A DNA stretch of 63,986 nucleotides, the filler included, from Lenisia limosa (taxonomy: Eukaryota > Protista > Breviatea), in NCBI GenBank assembly GCA_001655205.1. It is 10 parts of 10 records of this genome, joined end to end, with 100 filler letters (N's around TTAATTAATTAA, not from the genome) between each part and the next. Parts side by side here need not be neighbours in the genome. Positions count along the whole stretch, not along the records: positions 22,828 to 23,965 come from LPNZ01004553.1; positions 24,066 to 25,653 come from LPNZ01003758.1; positions 25,754 to 27,051 come from LPNZ01008074.1; positions 27,152 to 55,065 come from LPNZ01008366.1; 6 more parts are not named here. One strand, written 5' to 3'. Below are positions 23,816 to 36,300 of the stretch, piece after piece (positions within the stretch are counted from its first letter, which is position 1; each line of letters begins with the position of its first letter). Made by a program: the position numbers and the translations under genes. The notes beneath the pieces were generated by a model, which did not search any database, was not told the DNA's origin, and was given only the letters and a program-made list of their open reading frames with translations.

Positions 23816-24154
23816 ATCTCCACATACCATTATTTGAAGCTCTTCGCGTAGCTGATATTTGCGGGAAGCTATTGGGCCTGGAAAATGAGGTTTCAAGGGA
23901 CTTTCCCAGGGATTTCAAGGATCTCGCTTTATTGCAGCAAATCAATCAACAAGTCACCCCCCCCCNNNNNNNNNNNNNNNNNNNNNNNNNNNNNNNNNNN
24001 NNNNNNNNNTTAATTAATTAANNNNNNNNNNNNNNNNNNNNNNNNNNNNNNNNNNNNNNNNNNNNTCAGAAAAGCGGTCGCGGTTATGTTACAGGTCGCG
24101 GTCGTGTGCACTCACCTATATATATACATTTTCAACTAAAATTATATCATGCAC

Positions 24155-24306
24155 TTAAAGCAGGCCGCTAAACCAGATTCTTTATGTCATCTTAACCGAG
24201 CCCCAAATTCATGAATTTGGTCAAAAGTTGTCAAAAGCGCTACCCCAAATCCATGGGAAAATCTTTATACTCCGAGGTTTTATTCTGGTTTAGCGACCTG
24301 CTTTAA
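24155..24306. mobile_element. TTAA-flanked MITE family M2 (Kolobok-like ends)
   Basis: TTAA-AGCAGGCCGCTAAACCAGA ... TCTGGTTTAGCGACCTGCT-TTAA; 144 bp between the TTAA sites. Confidence 0.75.
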
Positions 24307-24374
24307 AATTTTTACTTCTTTAATCAAAAAATAAAAATTAATCGCTACCTAATACCGTACATATGAAATACAGT

Positions 24375-24462
24375 TAGGGCTTCACTTCGGTTGGAAAAAA
24401 AGACTGAATGTCTCAATAAATCCAAAACTATCGATATTTTCCCGAGTTTTTTTGAAGCCCTA
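24375..24462. mobile_element. MITE M1
   Basis: tagggcttcacttcggttggaaaaaagactg...tttttgaagcccta. Confidence 0.75.
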
Positions 24463-24819
24463 CTATACTATTAGAGTCTTATTATACTACAATACTAATA
24501 GAGTACATATATCCCTCTAACCTGGCTAGATAGTACGAGGGCATGGGCCCACAGCCGCTCTTCACAGGCATATTCAATAGCCTAAACAGTGGTAAAAGTT
24601 AATGACGGTTCAACGGCTTAGGCAGGAAAACACACTAAGGAACAAACACCACAATATCGTACATTACCTCTTAATATTTCCCGTTCTTCTTTAAACACAC
24701 AAACACACAGCATCACCACACCCACTTCAGCCACTTTGCCGGTGAGCATGAGGGCGGTCACGCGGCCCAAATGATAGTCTACTGAAGACGGCGGTGGAGG
24801 TGTGTCTGACGAAACGTGC

Positions 24820-24960
24820 TGGGGGGGGGGGGAGAGTAAAATTGAAAATTTTATGAAACAAAACCCCCCCAAAAAATCAACTCTGTTGGCCACACGAGGG
24901 CTGATAACAACAAAACTAACAAAGCCCAGGCCAGTCGCTTCCGCAGCACCACATATCACT
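24820..24960 (-). repeat. Family R2 copy ending in a poly-C/CAG acceptor
   Basis: Minus strand: gtggtgctgcggaagcgactggcctgggctttg...gccaacagagttgattttt...tttcataaaattttcaattttactctccccccccccag. Confidence 0.8.
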
Positions 24961-25243
24961 CTAACAGTGGGAGGAAAATAATGTGCTAGTTTCAGGGCCT
25001 TGTAATAGCGAGACAATGTGAACGGCGGTAAACGAGGATGAGGAGTGACTTGTGGTTTTTTGGCAATCAGAAAGCTGTATCTGGCCTAAGCCGTCCAATC
25101 ATTTATGTTTTACTAATGCCCAAGACACAAAGCAAATGATTGGTAATAATATGATTTCAATATCTCTTATAAGCGTAATGACATGGACAGATAATGCACC
25201 CCTCACACATATACAAAAATTATACATTCTCATCTTATCTAAC

Positions 25244-25306
25244 GCTTCACTTTGGTTCGGAAAATATTGAGAAATTCAGTCTTTATTCGAATAAAAGTGA
25301 AGCCCT
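25244..25306. mobile_element. MITE M1, internally deleted
   Basis: gcttcactttggttcggaaaa...ttcgaataaaagtgaagccct. Confidence 0.65.
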
Positions 25307-26211
25307 CTCATCCCCCCCNNNNNNNNNNNNNNNNNNNNNNNNNNNNNNNNNNNNNNNNNNNNNNNNNNNNNNNNNNNNNNNNNNNNNNNNNNNNNNNNNN
25401 NNNNNNNNNNNNNNNNNNNNNNNNNNNNNNNNNNNNNNNNNNTAATTTCGCTGATTTGGGGGCTATATTGGTCAATTTTTCGGTTAATTGAAATTAATCA
25501 TTCGCTTTTTAAAAAATAAATTACTTAAAAATCATCAGTTATCTGTATAAACCCCCCACCTACATACATTTATACAGTATTTTACCCCCCCCCACATTCC
25601 AGCCAGGCGTTGACGCAATGCAGTAAAGTGGCGCGAGCAGCCTCCTCCGTTCCNNNNNNNNNNNNNNNNNNNNNNNNNNNNNNNNNNNNNNNNNNNNTTA
25701 ATTAATTAANNNNNNNNNNNNNNNNNNNNNNNNNNNNNNNNNNNNNNNNNNNNGGGGGGGGGGTGGAATTGGAAAATTTATGAAACAAAAAAGCCAAAAA
25801 TAATGATAATGAGTTGTCATCTTCACATTTTTATTTATATTTTGCAAGATGGTGTAGGAGAGGTCTGATATGAAAGTGGAAGGGGAAGATTCACCGGTCT
25901 TTTTTCTAACCATTGTAACTCATCGAAACGTCCTTCCAACTTCCCCCGAACTTACCTATAGGTTTTTGATGCCCAAAAGAACACCATGGAAAACGACCAC
26001 CAAATGTCCCTCTATCAAAAAGTGTGTTTATTTGTCAAGATTCACTTTTATTTGGAATTAAACAGAATTAGCGATTACCCTCACTACGCTAATGTTCTTC
26101 CATTTCACCAATAGAGTTGACTTAAGCTTTTTTTGTTTCATTTTGCTCCCCCCCACCCCCTTGCACTAATATTCTTCATATAATTACGTATACTCGCACC
26201 CTCGAGTGAGG

Positions 26212-26345
26212 GGATGCGGTAGTGCAGAAGTGACTAGAACGGGCTTTTTGTTTGTTTTGTTGTTATCAACACTCGTCTGTTATCAGCCAACAGAGTTGAT
26301 TTCGGGCTTTTTTTTTGTTCATTTTTCCTGGAGTGCTGCAGCAGT
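26212..26345 (+). repeat. Family R2 copy (with partial tandem)
   Basis: gggatgcggtagtgcagaagtgactagaacgggctttttgtttg...tcagccaacagagttgatttcgggcttttt. Confidence 0.75.
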
Positions 26346-26522
26346 GACTAGAGCGGGCTTTTTTGTTAAGTTTTTGACCTTGTATTTTCGCTTTGTTTGT
26401 TTTGTTGTTTTCAACTCTCATGTACTTTTCAAATGTTTCAACAATAGATTTGATTCTGAGAGGTTGTTTTTATTTTGGTTTCACATATTTTCCTTCTTTT
26501 TAATTCTCTACTCACATTTCAG

Positions 26523-27051
26523 TCTTCTGCGGACCTTGAGAGGAGGCTATTGGCCTCTACTCATGAAACTGAAAACATCAGCAACGAACTTTTCGCATCT
26601 CAGAAGGTCGGGGAAAAGGCATGACGTTCATTTGTGCTCTTCTCTCCTGTTCAGTTTTATCTGCAAACCACCCCCATGTATAATATATTATACCCAAAAA
26701 AAGATGTTAATGGGGGGCGAGTATGGTATTGCACTTGCTCTCCCCCTTTACTATAACCTTACCACCACCAGACCACATAGAAGCAAGTTAGAATATTTGC
26801 GTGTTGTAACAATACGAATATTGCCCATATCTCGATATTCTAAGGGCTTAACGTCGATTCAAAAATAAGACTGAATTTCTGATAAAACATCGAAAACTAT
26901 CGATATTTTCTCGAAACGAAGTGAAGCCTTACTAACTTCACCTTGGTCTACTCTTCCACATACACACATACCCTCATTTGATTTTCCAATTTTACTCCCC
27001 CAGATGTACAAGGAGTGCCTAAACGAGGTCTTGGCTCTTACCGATAAAATC
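26523..27051 (+). CDS. Two probable exons of an unidentified helical protein (fragment)
   Basis: AG/GT-bounded exons SSADLERRLLASTHETENISNELFASQK and MYKECLNEVLALTDKI; truncated by the join. Confidence 0.35.
26841..26931. mobile_element. MITE M1
   Basis: taagggcttaacgtcgattcaaaaataagactg...tcgaaacgaagtgaagcctta. Confidence 0.7.
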
Positions 27052-27394
27052 NNNNNNNNNNNNNNNNNNNNNNNNNNNNNNNNNNNNNNNNNNNNTTAAT
27101 TAATTAANNNNNNNNNNNNNNNNNNNNNNNNNNNNNNNNNNNNNNNNNNNNAAAGGTCATTTTTGAACGTATATATATACCATATTATATAGTATATGTA
27201 AATATACATTTATATATTACATGTATGTATAGTACATATGATATGAAATAATACATGTACATATAATAAACTATATCATATGATATCCTATCATACAATC
27301 TAATATACCATGGTTTATAATGTTGTGCAATTTATTTATAGTACAATTGTGTCGGCGTGTTTTCTTAACACCTCCAAAGGATTTCACAATATAG

Positions 27395-30300
27395 GACAAA
27401 CTCGGCGCGTATATTGAGAACCTTCTGTCTCAGTCTGAATTTATCGACATTCTCAATCCTGCTCCAAGCACAAATGAACTCTTTATAAGGCTGAAGAAGC
27501 ATTCTGATTTCAAACTTCACCTTGCTGTTACCGAAGACAGTCGGAAGGTCAAGGTACCAAAGTTGAAGACTGGCATTGCAAGCCGGCTGCTTTCAATCAA
27601 TATTCCCAAACCCAACTCTTTGGAAACGGAAGAGATCCTTACTACTTTTGTGAAGTCCAAATGCAATGCTGACAGTGTTGATATCCGAAAATTCTGCAAA
27701 AAAATGGTAGTATTCAGTCAAAAAATTGATTCTCTCGATTATGGATCTGAAAAGGGAAAGCCCTGGACTTCTGTCACGTTATCACAGCTCATGATGTGGG
27801 TGCGTCTTCACCTCTCGCAACGCTCGTGGTCGGATTGTCTTTGTCCTAGTGATATGTTTCAAGTATTTGGAGCAAGGTTGACATGTAATGAAAACAGGAC
27901 AATGGTGACAGAATTGATCCAGCATGAATCGAAACAACATTGCGCAGTGCCAAATGGAATTCAATTGGATGATCAAACCGTCACTATCGGAGGGCAGACG
28001 AAGGAACTTAACTGTTCAGATGAGGATCTTGCCTGGCTGACTCTCTTTCCTTGGACCCCTGATCAATTGGCAATTTTGGAGTTTTCCCTCAAACAAATTA
28101 TCACTGGAGTAGGAAATGCAATTCTACTGACTTCTAGCGCCTCCGAAAGTTGTGGCAAAAACGTCTTAGCTTGTGCAATTTCATTTCTTCATGGACCTCG
28201 GAAGGCATTAGAAGTGAATGTCAACTGCGAGTTCACATCATCCAACTTCATTGGTGAGGACTGCATGGACCCAGAGACGCAAGACTCAGTCCATCACCAT
28301 GCTCCAATGATCCAGTGTTTCAAAGAAGGTGGAATGTCAATTTTGAAGAACCTCAATTCGGCACCTCTTCCTGAGGTCCCAAGAGTATTTGACTTCTTTT
28401 CGATTGAAAAAACAGCTATGGCTACCTTACATGAAAATTCTGAAACAGAGACTAGCTCTAGTCATCCTGAGTTTTTCACTTTGGCAACAATACGCCGTAC
28501 AAACGACCAATGTGATTTCTCAGATTCATTATACAACAAAGTGTTCACTTATCACGTTTCAAGTATTGAGGTTGGAAATGATTCTGTTACAGAAACTCTC
28601 AAGTCCTTGGCCAAAATATACAAAATGTCATCTCAGTCCGAAGAAATACTACTAAATGCCTCCCTCAAAAGTGTTCCTTTGAACTCTGTCACAAATCTCT
28701 TCAAGTCATGGGGGTCTTTGAAGATGACCATGGCTCATCGTGACATTTCTGATGAAGATCTGTTGCGTCTTGCTGCAGCCTCAGTGGAACAACCAGGGTG
28801 CAATATCTTTAAAAAATTGACTGATAAAACGCCTTGGCAAATCATTGACGGTTATCTTGACCACCTAATGAAAAAAAACCAAACAGACTATATCATTTCC
28901 AAGAGTGTTCCACTTCGATTCCACATGCTCAGGACAATTGCGCTGTCTTTTCTTACTGGTTTTGGTGTAGTGTATGAAGGTCCTCCAAGTTCGGGCAAAA
29001 CGTCACTGATCGAATATTTCATTGAGTGTCTGCAAAAGCAACCTGAATACAATTACGTCAAGTGCCACAAGATAAACTGCAACAAAAACACTGAGCTAGA
29101 TGACATTCACGGCAAGCCAAACACTACTGGTAAATTCAATTTGGGCCCCTTGAGTCATGCTGCAAAGTACGGCCATGTTGTTCTGTTTGATGAAGGTGAC
29201 CTTCTGCTGAAGCGTTACCAGGAGAGCATCATGATTTACACAAAAAGCAATGGTGGTAAAGTCTCGGTGCCTGGAAGCAATGAAGTCATTTTGGTCCATA
29301 AGAACTTCCGCATCTTCTTCGCAATCAATGGAAAACACTGCGGGTCTTGTGGAAGGGAAGTATTGGGAAGTGCTATTGCTTTGAACACCCTCAAATATGA
29401 CGTACCAGAGTTCAACCAACAGGAATTGGTCGAAATCATCCACCGGCTTGTGAAGATTTCCCATGAAAATGCCAACGAAATCGCGGCCTTATTTCTGCGT
29501 GTTACTGCGCTGAAATTCGGTATTGGAACTCTGAGGGAAATCAAACGAGCAATAGTCCGATCTGACAAGACGACGAATAGTATCAAGTCTCATTTGGCAT
29601 ATATTCTCAAAGGAAAGGCCAAGAATGAGAAGCAAGCCGATTGTCTCAATGGCCTTCTTGCACCTTTGGCAGGAAAAGCCGCTCGGAACGACCAAACCAC
29701 TCACCACCTTGAACGAATTCAGCAAAGTGAAGGATCTCTTCCGGGGCTGGACTGCTCAATCAAGAATGCTCTGTCTTCTGTGGCCAACATGACACCTGCA
29801 GTAGAACGTCTCCATCAGGCCGTTGTAAACCATGAGCCGGCACTTGTGGTTGGCCCCACTAGCTACAAAAAACTTCTGAGGGACTTTGTGTTTCGCACTG
29901 ATGCTGAAAAGACGGATGTGTTTGAGGTTACCGGAAGTGCAACAGATACGGTTCAGTACATGATTGGCGGATACACGTTAATGACATACGAACAAACTGT
30001 TCATTTGTTCTTGAGCCGTATTAGGTGCCTGCTCTCAATAGTTGATTCAAAAGCGAAGAAAATCTCTTTGTATGTCGTTGATGAGCTTCAACATCAAGTA
30101 GACAAAATGATGAAGGCATCAGCTTCTGACTCTAAATCAAAATGCGACAAGCCTGGTGAGGAACAAATCGCATCAGTTCTAGAAAAGAATGACCAAAAGG
30201 TCCCAAAGTTCAAACCTATCAGTAATGCTTTTGTTGAGGATGAACTGAGTGGCTATGAATCCTATGAGCTGTCAGAATCAGATAATGATGCCCTGGATCC

Positions 30301-33300
30301 ACTTGAAGAAGATAATGATAAGACTGAAGGATCCACACCTGTTACCAAACCGTTACATAAAGTTATCTCCAATTGCACACAACTAAGGTCACTGCTCGAC
30401 AGATTTCACGAAGTAATTGCGACTAGAGACAAAAATGCTACTGAACTCTATCTTGTTGATGAACTGGAAATTCTTGTTTCAAAATTGGAGTGTTCGGAAA
30501 AGGATTATATTTCACAGAGTCGCCCCCTTGTCATTTGGAAAAATGGCCCTTTTTTGCAAGCTATGATAGCAAGTTTGACTGCTAAAACCTTGTTTGTGAT
30601 TAAAAATGCGGACAAATTTCCTGCTAAAGTTGAACGGTTCAATTGCCTCTTTGAGCACAATGCAAACTTCATTCCATTTGAAAATACTGAGAATATGCGT
30701 TCTATGTTTGTCAGTCCCAATCTTCAGGTTGTACTGGTAGCTGAGACGTTGAACCAATTCAGTTCAGCACTTCTCTCGCGGTTTTCCGTTATCAAAACTA
30801 CAATGCTATCCGAAGCTGAGTTGGTAAAAATGATGACCAATATCCTATCAAGTTCCGATTTTGCACCTGAAAGTTGTCAGAAAATATGCAGTAGTTTCTT
30901 GAAGGACTCTATCCAGGGGCAGCCGCATACTTCTCGGTCCGCTGTCCAGTTCATCAAGGCTGTCAAGGTGCTGGCAGAGAACAAGCCTCTTGCAATTGCT
31001 GCCGGACTAGCCTACATCATGGTCGTAAAATTGCCGCCGATTGACTTGGAGAAGGTGGCAAGAATGTTTGGAGTCCAGAAAGAGGACATTTCCTTTCCAC
31101 TTCTCGACAATCTGCGTTCCAACAATACTAACCTGGATGGATGGGCGGAAGTCAATGATAAACATTTCGTCTTAAAGTCAACAGGCCTCAGGATTAAAGT
31201 CAAACCAGAAAGCCCTGCATCCCGAGGAGACTCGATGGGGATTACCATTACCAATGGTGTTGTGGCTTACATTGAACAAATTGTCCTCTCATATCAAACC
31301 GGGGTAAAACTCCTTGTGGAAGGGCCTCCTGGTACAGGAAAATCTGCTGTTCTGGAGATGTTTTCTCGTTACATTGGAATTCCGTACATTCGTTTTGTTT
31401 GTGGAAAAGACACGGTTTTAGACGACCTTGTGGGGCAGTCTATCCCGACAATTGTGGACAGTGAATTTAAACTCCTCTTTGTAGAGGGGCCACTAACAAC
31501 CGCAATCAGTCAAAAGGCAATCATTTGTTTGGACGAGTTCAACAACCTGTCTGTCAATACCATGGAGCAACTACTCAAGTTTTTCAAAGAGGAAACCTAT
31601 GTTCTCCCTAATGGGGTAACCATAAACACACAAGACGCATCTATCTACGCCTTACAAAACGAAGTTTCAATGGGCAGCTTCAGAGTTCGTCTCCCCTCCT
31701 CGATTGTGTCTTGTCTGACAAAAACCAAATGTGTTTCGAACATTGACGAGGACCTTCTCAAGGGGTTCAACAACTTCCAAAATGTGATACGGAAAGGTCT
31801 TCATGAAGACCACGTTATGGGCCTTCTGAAAGCATTTAAAGTCTTGTCTCTTCACTGTAAAAGAGGTGATATTGGCGTTACCAGCTACCAGGGCAAAGTG
31901 GAACTTGATCTTTGCGTAATTGAACATTTAGTCCAACTGCTTTCAGTTCTTATTGATTCATCGCAATTGGAGTCTTCTTATATCAGAAGCCTCGTGGCTT
32001 TTGACACAATTATTACCTCAAGATTCTCCAATCCTGACGACATTAGCAAGGTCAAAGAAGTTTTGTCGTTGTATATGCCTGGACCGCCACAGATGGACAA
32101 GATGGAGAGCTTGTTCCAAGATAATCTAATTGCACTTAAGATATTTGGCATGACACAAATTGGAAATCACTCATATGTTAGTCACAGAAATTCCAAAATG
32201 GCTATTGGTTCTTCAAAGTTTCGCAATTATGTTGCAATGAAGTCACATTCGGCTGTTCTGGAAAAGATATGTTTGATTATTCAAGCTCATTTGACTCCTG
32301 TACTCTATGGTCCACCTACTGCTGGAATTACTTTTATGCTGAATCATGTTGGTTACTTGTTCAATCAGGAAGTTGTCACGGTAACGCTCTCACCATATAT
32401 CGACATGTCTTCATTAACTGGTTGTCTCAGAATCATCAACCAGGGAAAAGTAATTGAGAGTATTCGTAGCTGCATCACTTCTGTTCAAAAAGACCTGATC
32501 AAGAAATTGCGCGATTGCTTTGGGATTTTGCCAATGGAGAGGTCACACCAAATACGATGTGTCTGTGAAGTGGGACAACTTCAACAACATCAGATTGAAC
32601 AGGTAGAAGAACATGTGAACTCATGGGAAAATATTAAAAATTCCGAGCTAAATGCTATTATTGAAGACTTGAAGGGCCTCAGAGAATCGCTTCTTTTGGA
32701 AGAAACGGCTCAACAAGGAGGAACAGCAATCCGGTACTTGGAAGGGCCAATTGTGAACGCTGTGCTGAATGGTCATATACTGTTGATTCTAGTTGAAGAA
32801 GGAACCCCAGATACCACTGTTGACTCTTTAAACTCTTTATTTGAGAAGAACCGCACGTTTACAAGCAATGGTCGAGTTCTCTCATATGAATCTGGCATTC
32901 ACCCACTCTTCCGCCCCATCTTTGCCATCACAACCGGGAGCAGTCAGGTTCAACTGAGTCCTGCAATGCAAGACAGAACCAACCCAGTTTTGATTCCTTC
33001 AATCGATTCTGATCAAGACACCTTTACTGAAATTTTGGAGTGCTCTATGTATAGCATCCAAGGTCGAACCTCAATTGTGAAATCCCTTATGACGTTGAAT
33101 CAGAAGAGCAGTGAAAAGCGCCCATCTCTTGCATTGCTTTCATGTTGCAAGCACATTACAATGCAGAGCTGCAAGATTAGGAATCCAAAACTCGAACAGA
33201 TACTTGTAGAGTCTTTCTTGCATCTGTTTGTCACCCCACTTCAAATAGAAGACAGAAAAGAAAAAATGACAAAGTTGGTGAAAAAGGAAGTGATGGAAAT

Positions 33301-36300
33301 TTGCAAAACCCTTCATACTCCTGATCGCTCCTTACATCTTACCCTTGATGAAGTGAAGGATTACACTTCTGAAGGGGAAAAAATGGTTGAAAATGCTAAG
33401 ATATCTCTTCTTCACTCAATTGCAACATGCATCTTGGAAAACCTGATGTTTCCAATGGAACAATAAGGCTGCTAATCAATTCTACAGTATTATGTTCATT
33501 AATCAATTAATTGATGAGCTTGATGAAAAACAGAAGTCCATAACAGACTACTGGAAAGACCAATGCCGTAAACTGAGAAAAGATACGACCACTCCAATTA
33601 CACTCATGGACAATGAGGCTATCAGGAAACTACTGAAAACTGTGCTTGAAACAACTCCCATGGCCAATAAGTTGCAAGTGATTTCTAAATCTTTACAGCA
33701 GATCACTGTTATAGCCAAGTCCTTCCTAAACCTGATTGAGGATGCCAAGACCAAGAAGCCCAAGTGGATCATTGGGCTCTTGAAGTCATACAACCACTTG
33801 AACTTTGTTGTCAATCATCTAATTAAAATTGACCACAAAGGCATACATACATTGTGTACAATTCTTGGCACTCCGGAGATAGTCTCCTTAGGAATTCTCA
33901 AGAAAAGCCAGATTGCTCATATCATGTCACAAGGAAACGAAGCCTTTAAAGAGCCAGCATTGGATATCAACTCTAAAAGACAAGTGTTCTACAAAACGTT
34001 GCTAGATGTGGACTTTGACGATGAACTTATGGCCAAAATCCATGCTGTCATCCGTGCTATTGAATTGCCCATTATCTCCTGTTTTGAGTTCTGTCACTGG
34101 CCAGTAAGTCATGCTGAGTCACCGGAGATCAAATCCACCTCAATTGTAAACGCCCTCAATAACCTGCAAACTTGTGACTGCATACAAGAGGTAACACAGC
34201 GACTTCTTTCGATCTGCAATGGCAATGGCGAGAAACAGCAAGTTTTGGAAACAATTGGGGATTCCAATGCATTGTCATGGATGAACAAGTTTGCAAAATC
34301 AAGAGTTGAGGACCACTTTAAGGAGGTCATTGAATCCACATTTCCCAATGGACGTGTTTCTACACGCAATATTGGCAATTGTTCAAATAATGAGATTTTG
34401 CCAACTGTGAGCTTTGATTTCCTCTCACAGGTTGCACTGGTTCTCGCTTTGCGACTTTCACAAATTAGAAGTGACAGCTTGGTGTTCTTTTGCAACGAAC
34501 TTGACGAGATTGAAATGTTGGTATGTCAGCTCGCCGAATATCCGTCGATCAATGCGCTTATTGTTACGACTGAGGTCATCGTAAATCTCTCGCGATATGA
34601 AGAAGAACTTCAACTCACCACGTACACTTCGGAGTCATCAGATTGCAATTGGTCTGAAACAGTTAAAGCTATTGCCAGTCGGTTTGCAAATTCAAGCCTC
34701 ACTGAAGGGTCAACAAACGCTTGGGTCCGCAGATCCCGTGCGGTAAACCGAGAAGAGTCTTGTCAGGTTGCTGCTCTTTGCTATTGTCTTCTCATTAACA
34801 TTGACCGAAGCAATATTCCTCGTCAAAGAAGGACTATGGCAAATTTGCTTGACCGATTTCTTGCGAACAATCAGTGCCAAACACCCAGTCCACGATCTCA
34901 AAGGATGTATTCCATTAAGAAAAACGGAGTTGTATTGCATAAAGCAACTCTTACACTTCTGAATTTGGTTCACATTTTTGCTGATGATAGAATTTCCAAG
35001 CATGATTTGCAACGTGAACTTTCGGTAGTCTCAGTTGGCCAAGAGCGCCGGGATAGCTCAAACTGCCTCACGTCTGGACTTAGTAAAGAGGTGATATACG
35101 ATCTCTCCCGAGAACATGCCAAATTAGCCCAGTGGCCTGTTTTGGCACAGTTCCAAAATGGGAACTACATCAAAGACAAGCATGAACTACTCAAGTCTGA
35201 GATGTATCTGAATTTCAAGAGGTACTGTGCTACCATAAGGCTACTATGGGATATGCCAAATTGTAAGACTCAAGCGGCTGTCCTCAACAGTCGCTTAGTT
35301 GTGAGAACAATTTCTACAGTTCTTGCCAAAATCTTTGCCATTCTTGAAAGTGTCTTTATCAAAACGGATAATAGAGTAGAAGTTCAAAAGAAACTCTTCC
35401 TTAAAAATAGGATGGTTTCTTGTGTTCAAGAAGACTCCAAAACTGTGCGTATTGTTTCAACATCTTCTGAAGATATGCTCCAACTTTCTGAAATACTTAA
35501 GGGCCTCAAATTGGAAGTGACACAGCCTCCAAGTGACTCCGACGATATTCCACAGCTTCTGAAAACATTGGTGATGGTCGAGAAGCAACTAAAAACAGAC
35601 TTCTTTACAGAGAACATTACTGAAGCAGGTATGTCACTGAACGAAGATATCGAATTGGTTTCAGAGAAGCACCAGCAAATGTTTGCCAAGCCCTCGCTTG
35701 AAACACCAGAAGAGCCCAAAATTACGAAACCAGTTCGCAACGACTTCTCAATTTCCGAAAGAGACAAGGCCAAGTCAAAGTTGCTCAATGAACTTCTCAA
35801 GGATTTAACCGATTTCATCATGAAAATCAGATGCCACTCTAGTTCACAGTATCATTCTCTGCTCCACATTGCCCAACGAATGAGGCAACAATTGGTCGAA
35901 CTGGATCAAAATGGGTTCCCATCGGATATAATACTTAAAAAAGCCAAAACTGAAATCCAGAAAATGCTTCAATATGAAAGGGAACTCAAATCATCTAAAG
36001 GTGCATTCTTAAAACAGCAAAACTTGCTTCAGAGTGGACTAGGAGTTGACATTGACCCTCCATGTGAAGCTAGTTTCCCCAATGGTCCTTATCATGATGT
36101 TGCAGAAGCCCTCTCCAAAACAACAACGTTTAAACAGCTTTCACACATTGGTATTTCCGAGGCTTATCAGCAGTCATTCCTGAGGCAGGTTCAAATTTAT
36201 ATCTTAAGGCTTCGAGCTCTTTGTCACGATACTCTCGAAAATATCTTCGAAATTGGTCATCTCATTAAGGCACTTATGGCTTTGATTGAAGATAATGGCC

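Noticed and set aside
26206-26868. 220-aa Phe-rich ORF
   Set aside because: Mostly read through repeat R2 and T-rich intron sequence; only 26523-26606 looks like a real exon, in another frame.
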